Below are positions 13,311 through 23,526 of a stretch of 64,000 nucleotides of DNA, in pieces. The stretch is from NCBI RefSeq assembly GCF_006345805.1, contig NC_043013.1, positions 22,320,001-22,384,000 on the forward strand. Direction: 5' to 3'. The notes under the pieces were generated by a model. That model saw nothing but the letters and a program-made list of their open reading frames with translations, did not search any database and had not been told where the DNA came from. Position 1 is the stretch's first letter. Each line of letters begins with the position of its first letter. This DNA comes from Octopus sinensis (Eukaryota). The translations under genes and the position numbers were made by a program.

Positions 13311-14453
13311 ATCTACACATACATACATACATACATACATACATACATACATACATACATACATACATACATACATACCCTGTTGATATTGAAATTCTAA
13401 TGAACGAGCCTTGGATCTAGGTTAGAAACCGGTTCTTTCTCTATTGGCAAGAAATCTTGAAATTAAACTGAACAATGACATACATACATGCATACATACA
13501 TACATACATACACACATACATACATACATACACACAAACACACATACACATATACATAGAATACCTACATGCATACATACACACATGCGACTTTGCCTTT
13601 CATCCTTTCGGGGTCGATAAATTAAGTACCAGTTACGCACTGGGGTCGATATAATCGACTTAATCCGTTTGTCTGTCCTTGTTTATCCCCTCTGTGTTTA
13701 GCCCCTTGTGGGTAGTAAAGAAAAAAATATATATATATATTCTTTCAATACATACATATTTAGCGATAAGGATATTTCGATTTGATTGTCATCAATGTAA
13801 CGATTTGGTTGATTTGAAAGATGGATAAACAAGAGGTCTGTGTGAAGTTCCAAACACAAAATATTTCTTTATCGTAAACAAAACACTAAAAGGATATTTA
13901 AAGCAGGTGAAGCAATTCAGCGTTCGTATGAGATGTAAGAGTCAGTTATAACAGTAGATTGCCGGCTTGAACTGCATCGTCACCGCAACAATTAGCAGAC
14001 AAACATTTCTATATAGGTAACGGTCTGTCAAAGAAAAAAGGCGCCAAAAGCAAAATGTTAATGACATCCTGTTTCTACCAGAGATTTGAGTAGGTAGTTC
14101 TTGGCTGACGCTATCAAACATTAACTGAATCGCGTTTGCGTTACTTAGTTGTCTTTTCGTTCGGGTACAGTGATTTCTATTAGAGATTTGACTGATCAGT
14201 TATTTGTTGACGCCATCAATCTTGTTCGTGTCTTTACGTTGGAGCACAGTGATACGGGTTCGATTCATAAGCAGTGTGTTGGATCTACCGTCTTAAAGAA
14301 GGGAAAAGAACACACCAGCTTATGTAGTCCTAGGTACACTATTCCTTTATAATAGTTTGGGGAAGACGGGATCGTTTATAATTTCATTCACATTTAGAAT
14401 GAATTGCAGAAAAATAAATCTATTCTCGCGCGATACATACGTACTTGCATACA

Positions 14454-14517
<64 letters not shown>

Positions 14518-15942
14518 TTATATATACTAATAGGACCCGTGGAAATGCCACCGAATGCAAGAAATTTAAAGGATCTATTTAAGAAAGAAAGGACACTTTG
14601 CATTTCTCTAGCATCCATAGTTTAGCTTTCTTTGGATATTCTTGATGTTCGTTCTTCATTCATTTTCTCAAGTCTCCGTCCGTGTTCGTCTTTTCTCTCT
14701 TTTCATTATATCTTCTTACTGTTCCTCTCTGATCCGTGCTCTGTATCTGCGCATCCTTTCACGGGTGGCGTGCAACCATGTTTCTTGTGAATCCAGTGTT
14801 TAGGCTAAATTAACCCTTATAAACAAATATCGGTGGGGGGGGGGGTTCAGTGAGCAGACGATGAATGATTGCACATGCAATGGTTGCTATAAATGAAATT
14901 AGTTCAATAAAAAAATACTTTCCAATATCACCACACCACCACCACCACCATATGGAGGGAGGTGTGTATACACGCAACGGTCTACTGCACAGTTTTCTTC
15001 AACCAAATTCTTCTCATCACATGTCCTTGGCTAACCCGAGGTTATGATTGAAGGTATTTACCTAAGATGCTGTGCAGTGCGATCGAACCTGAAGCAAACT
15101 TCTTCATCAGACAGCCATGTCTGCGGCGCTAGTCTGACGGGTCTTCATTTTATCGACTCCTAAAAGCACAGAGTTCGGTAACATTGCCCCCATTTATCTA
15201 ACCCAGCCAAGGTTGCCGAAGTCAATGCAGCTGATCTCGACAAAATTAGAAACCACAATTCTAAGATCCATAACTTAATACGGTAATACAATTTTGTTCG
15301 ACGCTCTTTCAATACTGTCCATCTACCGTTAGAATCTATTCTACTCTAGGCACAAGAACCGAAATTTTAGGGGAGGAGGCCAGTCGATTATATCGATCCC
15401 AGTACGCAACTGGTGCTTAATTTACCGACCCCGAAAGGATAAAAGGCTAAGTCGACCTCGGCGGAATTTGAACTCAGAACGTAGCGGCAGACGAAATACC
15501 GCTAAGCATTTCGTCCAGCGTACTAACGATTCTTCCAGCTCGTCGCCTTCAATTCTGTTTATCCACCGTTAGAATAGCGATGGTCTGACTGCTTCTTATG
15601 ATAGGACTGCTTGATCAGAGCTGGCTGTAGGATAGACACCAACAACCCTGCATGAAAAGTAAAAACAGGATTTAATCTAGAGACTTACAGCCAATGGTAA
15701 CTCAGTAACACAAGCAAAGCCTATGTCACTCCACGTCAATCTCTAAACACTACAGTTACTGCGTGGAGTACAGAAGCCTTCGTGACAAAACATAATTATG
15801 TCCAATTAACAACTGTTTGTTGACAGGTCATATTTCTCTCAAAGATTAATTGCAGTCAGAGACAAACGGTGTGTGGCCGTTTCAACGTGCGCATATGCGT
15901 TGAGGTGGGTGTCTTTATGTAAGTTATATGTGAGTGCTTAAT

Positions 15943-16031
<89 letters not shown>

Positions 16032-17520
16032 ACATGCACGCATACAAACATTCTTTTATTCTTTTACTTATTTCAGTCATTTGACTGCGGTCATGCTGGA
16101 GCACCGCCACGACAGGCTTCTTTTAGTTTCTGTCTACTAAATTCACTCACAAGGCGTTGGTTGGTCCGGGGCTATTGTGGAAGTCACTTGGCCAAGGTGC
16201 CGCGAAGTGGAACTGAACTCGGAACTATGTTGCCGCAATGCGAGCTTCTTAAACACAGAGTCATTGCTGCGCCTATGTGCGCATGCGTGCATGAATTCGA
16301 AGCTAATGATCGGAGTTAATGATTTTTATTTTGTCGCCTGAATGACACACGAGATCTGAAAGATATATTTTTATCTGAAATAAAGATGGTGTAATCATGT
16401 CAGGTGCGTCTTTGAGCCAAGGTGGGCGCAATCAGGAGTGGCGTGCAGGCAAAAAAAAACAATAACAATAACAAGCGAAACCTTGGCCAATAAAAAGAAA
16501 CCATGTGTCTGCGCTGAGCTCTGCTTTGAGAGCGTGAAATGATGACAGGTAAATCTGCAGCACAGGGTCAGTGTGTTGTTGGCAAACAGCTTTTCCTGTG
16601 GGATTGCATTCAGTTTTAGAAGCCAGGGATGTCCAATCCAGTTGTACAGTAATGTCGCTATTTATAGCAGTGAAAATAATACAATCCTGCTGCATAAGTG
16701 GGTCGGTTCCTTTCTTTTGTAATGTCTAAATCAGGGAAGTAGCTGCCATGTTCGGTGCCGAGATCTGACCCGATATATTGAGACCTTGCGGACTCTGCTA
16801 GTGATGATGTTAAAGCAAGCAAACAATTTTGTCTTCGATTTATGCTTCGATCAGATTAGCTTGAAGGCATTTCACCGGTAGACGTATTTTGCCGAGGAAT
16901 ACATTCTCCATTATTCTTTGAGAAGAGAGATTCTTTTATTTGAAATGGTTTTAGGATTTGATTTGAATGAGATTTCACTGCCAATTTGTGCTGATCGAAC
17001 GATCAAGTAGAGGCCATCATATTGGCTCGAACCATTCCTGGTTAACTAAGTAGAATATAATTTGTTGATGAGGTCTGTTAGGACCGGAATATGTCCATTG
17101 CTTTCGGTTTTCATAACCAGTTTCCTCCAACCAGTCTACAGTGTCTCTTCAAATCTTTCAGTCAGCAGGTCTTACTGGAATTCTCTCTCTTGTTGTTGTA
17201 CAAGAGGCGGGGGAAGGTTTTATCAAAGAATTACGCAGATAATTTCAGTTAACTGATGATTACTCCATTGGTTGTCTGGCAGCAGCCACACTTTCCCCCT
17301 TGTCATCGCCATCGTTATCGCTGTCATCATCATCGCAGCGTTCGTCTTCGTTATCGTCGTTTATCGATTAAAACCGGCAGCAACCAGCTTCCTATCATCA
17401 TCATCATCATCATCACTAGCATAGAAGAGTATAGACAAACAATGTACTATCCATGTAAACTCCCACGCACTCGCGCGCGCGCACCAATGCACGTGTACAT
17501 ATATAGATACGCAAAGAAAC

Positions 17521-17586
<66 letters not shown>

Positions 17587-17593
17587 GAAGAAA

Positions 17594-17677
<84 letters not shown>

Positions 17678-18140
17678 GAAGAAAGAAAAGGCCGACCGAG
17701 TGTACGCCAAACAAATGACGCAAATCCAACGACAATTCTATTTTAGGCTTTTGAGATAAAGAGTTTCTCGTAAATGGTTTATTTACAAGCGGAGGTTATA
17801 AATAGGGGACTTGACAGCCGGCAGACAATGGCTGTTGATTAGCCCCAGGTTAGCCGGATCGAGTAAAGCTATGGTCGAAAGTGTTCCATCTATGATTGGA
17901 CCATCTTTCTTTCGTTTTCTTTTCTTTTCTTCTTTCTTTTTTTTTGGGGGGGGGGCATAGTGTACGTTGGAGAACATTATCTAGTGCACAACCATTGATT
18001 TTATCCAGATTTTAAAATCTGGATAATTTTCTGTTAGTTTTAATTATTCCGTTTTCCAAGCTGCCTTAAATCACGAAATGTCACATCACTCACATTCTGT
18101 TGGTCAATCATACACATTCTACAATCAATCAATCACTCAC

Positions 18141-18176
<36 letters not shown>

Positions 18177-19036
18177 AGGGAGGGGTAGTGAGACAGAAGC
18201 ATTTTATTTCCGGAAGAAAGAATCTATATCAGGATTCACTTGGCGAATACAAATCTTTATAAAAAGAAGAAGAAGAAGAAGAAAAAGAAGAAGAAGAAGA
18301 AGAAGAAGAAGATATCTTTTAGCATCGCCATCTTTAATATTGATGACTGCGACTCATCGATGTCTGATTGGTTATCAATAAACCATGAATGATCAACTGA
18401 TTGATTTCACATAAAACTTTCTTTTTTCATGACACTAACTACTTGCATCCTTTTAATTGACTCGTTTTTTTTTGGGGGGGGGGTCCACAATATCAAGTAT
18501 CTTGAACACCTACTTAACGAACCGTTGTGTTATAAGAGTCATCGATTAAGCATAAACCAGTGATTGATTGGTCTGCCTTTGTGGCCCAGTCCACATTACA
18601 ACGCCTAAAGAAAGCACGTTATCGGTGTTTGCTTCGGAACATTTCCTAATCTAACAGACCGCGCTCCTACCTTCAAGCCGTGTCTTCTTACAGATGAACC
18701 GTTGTCTTACAGTCTCTCAACGTCTCATGAATGAAGGAATCAATGCTGATCAGATGTTGATGTTGATCATTTTAGCGTTACAGCCGTCTTTTCACTCATT
18801 TCCCCTTTCAAATGTGTTGCTTGGCTTCCTACCATCATCACCATCACCGCCATCTCATCTTTCGCCACCATTTATCGGAGTCAACTCAATTTCTAAGGAT
18901 TCGGACTTGGTCTCTGGCCCCGAATAACTCGACACCTTCATACGCAGCTTCCAACGTGGAGTCATTCTCTCTTTTCTTCATCTAAAAAAACTTCCCGAAT
19001 CCTACTTTTAATTAAACCATAATAGTAGCCGAGCAT

Positions 19037-19185
19037 GAAATTTGCCAACGACTTTTTTTGTGTGAGTAAAATAGAAATTTGCCAGCGGCATTTTTGGTGT
19101 GAGTAAAATAGAAATTTGCCAACGACTTTTTTGGTGTGAGTAAAATAGAAATTTGCCAACGACTTTTTTGGTGTGAGTAAAATAG
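19037..19185. repeat. Minisatellite, ~38-bp unit x4 (gaaatttgccaacgactttttggtgtgagtaaaata)
   Basis: Visible directly. Confidence 0.9.
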
Positions 19186-20266
19186 AATTTAACCATTTCT
19201 CTTCTCATTCTGTGTGTGTGGGAGGGTGGTGTAAACATGGGTGTATGTGTATACACACATGCAAGTGAAATTGTTACGTTGTACTCAACTAGGCACACGT
19301 GACCTTGCTTGAATTGTACTTCGTCTCGACCTGTTACTATGTTTTTAATACTATGTTTTAGATTCTTGTCTTATAGTTTTACTGCACACATAGTCTTGCA
19401 TACACATTGATATGGCTTTCTTTTTCTTTTTCGTCACTCTCACTATTATTATTGTTGTTAATATTTTGCCCTTTCACAACTTGGTTTGTAAATTATCCGA
19501 TTTCCCTTTACTGCCCCATTTCTATTCTCTTATTGTATCTTGTTTTATTTTTATTTTATTTTATTCTATTTCATCTTATTAAACTTTCGTGATGTTCTTC
19601 AAGAGATTCCTCACACTGATGAGAATGACAATGCATAATTCTAATTATAATTACTATGATTAAATTTTTTTTTTCTTACACATTTGCATTGTTCTCGAAA
19701 CGTACGTATGCATTGAATCCAGTTTTGTAATAAATCTATTTCTGATTCTAAATTGTTTCTCTATTTTTATATACTTGTATATATAATTCTCCCTCCTCCT
19801 CCCTCCTCTTCTCCTCTTTCCTTCTCCCCCCTCTCCCCCCTCTCTCATCTCACCCTCACCACTCCTTCTTCCCCCCTCTCACCCTCACTCTCATCTATCC
19901 TCCCCTCTCCTCCTCATCTCCTCCCTCATATCCCCCCTCTCCTCCCCTCCCCTCTCCTCCACTCTCTCTCTCACTCTCCCCCTCATCTCCCCTCTCTACA
20001 CTACACCATACGACATTACACATCACATCATACATACATACATACACACGTCCAGACCTTTCATACGCACCACATACTCCCTCATACACACACGCACCCT
20101 TATGTTGGGGCGAAGTCATTTGACCCTGTTATCTCCCCTATTTTTGCTCTTGCGTCTCACGTTTGATCTCTGACTTCTGGCCAGAATCAGTTCGCCATGT
20201 TGAATCGCTAGCTTCTGCACGCATTTTTTTCCCTCCTTGTTTCTCTCCGTGTTTCTTTTCTGTGTA

Positions 20267-20304
20267 TCTTTCTGTTGAAGAGCGTAGGCTCGAAACGTAA
20301 AAGA
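20267..20304 (+). ncRNA. Minimal hammerhead-like motif with an A6U core lesion, in a Penelope-type repeat
   Basis: tcttt-CTGTTGA-a-GAGCgtagGCTC-GAAA-CG-TA-aaaga. Palindromic stem III ACGT. Confidence 0.5.
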
Positions 20305-20587
20305 CTTGTTTTATTTATATTCCTGAGCGCCATACTAATACAATTGTTTGTTTGTACTCCACCTGCCTTCGTCTTTTGTTTATTTTCATAAAGCTTCCCG
20401 TTATATATATATCGTAGCTTAGTTTTTCCTTGGGGCTGGCCGGATCGGAGCGATCTCAAGATTAATCAGCCGAAATTGCGAGGATGATCCGGTTCTTGAC
20501 TGAATAATTGAAGGCTTCGAATGTCCCGTCCGTGTTTTTTGTATCGTCTTCTCAATGTTTTACGTTCTTGTCCAGTTTGTATTTTTC

Positions 20588-20633
<46 letters not shown>

Positions 20634-20645
20634 ATATATATATAG

Positions 20646-20678
<33 letters not shown>

Positions 20679-20684
20679 ATATAC

Positions 20685-21240
20685 ACAGTGAGTTCGGGTT
20701 AAATTTGACAGTTTGCATGAAGGAAAGAAAACAATGTCCCAACCCAAAAACAAAGTATTTTAACAAATCAAAACATGTCAACGAGATTATGAATGGGAGA
20801 CAACAATTTACTTTAAGTAGCTGCCCTCACTTTACCCCCACGGCCTCAACACGGCTCCGGAACCTGGCACATACGTTCCTCACTGTGTCTCGGCGCTCTT
20901 CCTTGATCTTGGCGACTAGCTCAGCTTTGTCTTTCGCAACCGTGCCCCACACATAGTAATCCAGGGGATTACAAATGGGGTAATTAGGAGGCCAGAAATT
21001 AGGGCTAAGAGAAGAAGCCGAACCCTGCTGCCGCACATCTGGCCTCCCAGTAGCAACCCTCTCCCGCCAGGGTTTGACCGCGTTCTTCGGAAGCTTCACA
21101 TAACGGTCTGAATTGATGCTAAGGCCCATTTCAAAGATATGGGACAGCATGACGTCGCTCTCACTAGGGACACACCTAATGACCATAACAGTTTGAGAGA
21201 ACTTGTAATTGCTTTCATGGCTGCAGTCCCCAGTCCTGGA
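20685..21240 (-). mobile_element. Tc1/mariner-superfamily transposase fragment
   Basis: VKPWRERVATGRP..QQGSA, FWPPNYPICNPLDYYVWG (a WPPxSPDLNPLD variant). End abuts (TA)n. Confidence 0.75.
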
Positions 21241-21959
21241 TGTGTGGTTTCGATTACAAACGGGGTAATTTAGTGTTTGGTTACAGATACGGGACGATAC
21301 TCTGAATCAATGACTTCTCTCCTATTTCTGGTAGCGTTGAGTGTATTAATCCTCTTTAATCCCACTTCTACAATAAAATCCCGCAATTGATCGGTGGGTA
21401 GCGATGTTTCCCACTCCTGAATGTTTCATGTTGCTTCTCTTCGAATCTTCCAGCAACAAATTTCAGAACATTGACCATAAAATAAGCCTGAGCGGTTAAG
21501 ATATAAAATCAAATGATTTAATCAACCTCGGATTGTGTCTACTTTAATTTGTAGCTGACCTTTCAAGATCCCCTCTTAGAGACATTTGCTTTAAGCCCTT
21601 AAGAATCTATGAAAACTGAATCAGCGAAGTAGTGGGGGTAATCAATAGGAGAACGCCTGTACTCGTCTTACTAAATGAGTCTTTAGTGATTGCCACGTTT
21701 GGAATCATTGAACAGATTTTCTTCCAATTCCAGTAATATGATTTCTTCTAAAATAAATTAACCAACAAAACCGATATTATTTTATATTGCTTAAAATATT
21801 CTATAAACACATAACAATTAGTTTTACATAGAAAAATCTTTTATTCCAATGTGTTTAATTTTTGCATTTCATACCGAATTCTACACATCACATATTTACA
21901 TTCAGAAGTGAAAATATTATTATAAACACAAACAACAGCTGATTTCTGACTGAGCAAAA

Positions 21960-22600
21960 TGTCCACAGGTCAAAATTCAGTGCGATGTATTTTCTCTCAA
22001 TGATTTGGCAACATGTGGGACAGACAAACTTGATCAGATTCTGGTAATGAAGAATGGTGGTTCGAGGCTAGGATTATTTGATGAGGCTGAAGACAGTACT
22101 GAGGTTCAACGACCCCTAAACTTTGTTGAAATGATCGACTTCAGCTCAAAAGTTTTAGATCAAAGTGAGATCGAAGGATTGAGCATACCAGGAAATCAGC
22201 TTGATTTGAGGAGCGGAGCATGCAGGGTTTGAGGTCATCAGGATCGATGATTTAAGTGGCAACTGATCACACAGTAAAAGAGCGTCCCTCAAAATGGCTT
22301 TGTACACTTCTAGTTCCATTGTGCCAGGCATTCAATGAATGAAGCTAAAACCTTGCAGCGTGAACCTCTCCAGACCATGCTACAGCCTCACTTCCTTTAG
22401 AGTTCTTTGGAGACAGCTGAGATTTAGAACTCCGCCAGGAACTGTGTGTTGCGTATATCTTACTATCAGACCAGAACTGGCTCCATTTGGATTTGTCCTT
22501 CCACAAGACTCCACTTCACAAGGATCTAGTCTGTGTTGAATCCATCGAATTCGATACTTTTCGGTTCTTTACGGAAATGAAAATTTGTTTTCTTTTTTCT
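21960..22600 (-). pseudogene. Stop- and frameshift-ridden coding-like sequence with weak resemblance to the POT1 C-terminus
   Basis: Fragments KYRIR, DSKI, KNSKG, CSILRS and SLGVVEPQY occur in the same order as remembered human POT1 motifs QYRIR, DSKIW, KNQKG, CSSLRS and ALGIVPLQY. Spacing is imperfect and frames shift. Confidence 0.2.
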
Positions 22601-22602
22601 TT

Positions 22603-23302
22603 CTATTTTTGTATTCCGAGTCGCTCAGCCTGTCCAAGAAGATTTCTCAGAGATAGTATGCGTCTGATGTGTATGTCCAGAAACTGCTTAATGTTAATTG
22701 CAGTCATTCGGTGGTTGGCCTTTGATAATTGTACACGATTCAGTCTTCTGTCGGGATTGTTTTCTGCCCCTTTTTTACAGTGGTTGCAGAAGCTGTCAGC
22801 GTCCTTGTTGATGGCAAAATCCTTTACACATGAAGAACAGTTGCAATTCCAGAGTAAAGCGATGTCCAAAGAGCCATGGACTTCTACGTGGAACAACAGA
22901 CGTCTACGCTGTAAACAACAAACCTCGTCTATAATGTTGCATCTAGCATAGCACTTTCGAAAATTCCATGAACTTAACTGAAACCACAAACTTGAAAGAA
23001 ATTCTAACGCTTTATTTATAATTCTAAGCTTATGAATTCTTCAAATTTAAGACTACAATACACTTTTGAAATAATTTCAATTAAGACATTATTAAATAAT
23101 TATTTTCCGCCAATTTTTAACACTTATATTACTGTATATTATAATATAAATATGAATTTCATTTGAGAAATAGAAAACATCTTTTTTTTCCAATCTATCT
23201 AATAATCCAAAGATGACGGCGACCGTTGTATGTCAGAAATTACGATATCAATTTGCTTTTATTTACGTTCGGCACGTCATTTTCACTTGAATTCGTCGCC
23301 AT
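22603..23302 (-). CDS. Candidate two-exon gene complement(join(22603..22977,23267..23302)), 136 aa, with a CxxC-x14-CxxC motif
   Basis: aaaATGGCG start, donor gtaaat, acceptor gtggtttcag, both phase 0. Encodes CSSCVKDFAINKDADSFCNHC. No family recognised with confidence. Confidence 0.35.
23213..23227 (+). CDS. Candidate first micro-exon MTATV, in phase with the exon at 27377
   Basis: ccaaagATGACGGCGACCGTT|gtatgt gives a phase-0 donor in a CpG-rich patch. Short, so it could be chance. Confidence 0.3.
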
Positions 23303-23526
23303 TTTAGCAGGACGATTTCTACTAACGTCTGACATCTTGAATAAGATATGCAGACGATATGTAACCACACGAAACTGAATAGATTATAAGATTTAAATAT
23401 CAAGAAAATTATGATAGTAAACATGAATTTTAGATGGAAAACGGACGTCTTATGATCGAGTGTGCGAATATAATCTTCAAAATGTTTCAGCTTAAATGCT
23501 GGAGTATATATATATATATATATATA

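Noticed and set aside
13382-13480. Short repeat (also 27210-27305) with GAAACCGGT palindrome and a stem II-like hairpin
   Set aside because: The core is CTAATGA or CCAACAA and stem I does not pair. Possibly an HHR fossil but not supportable.
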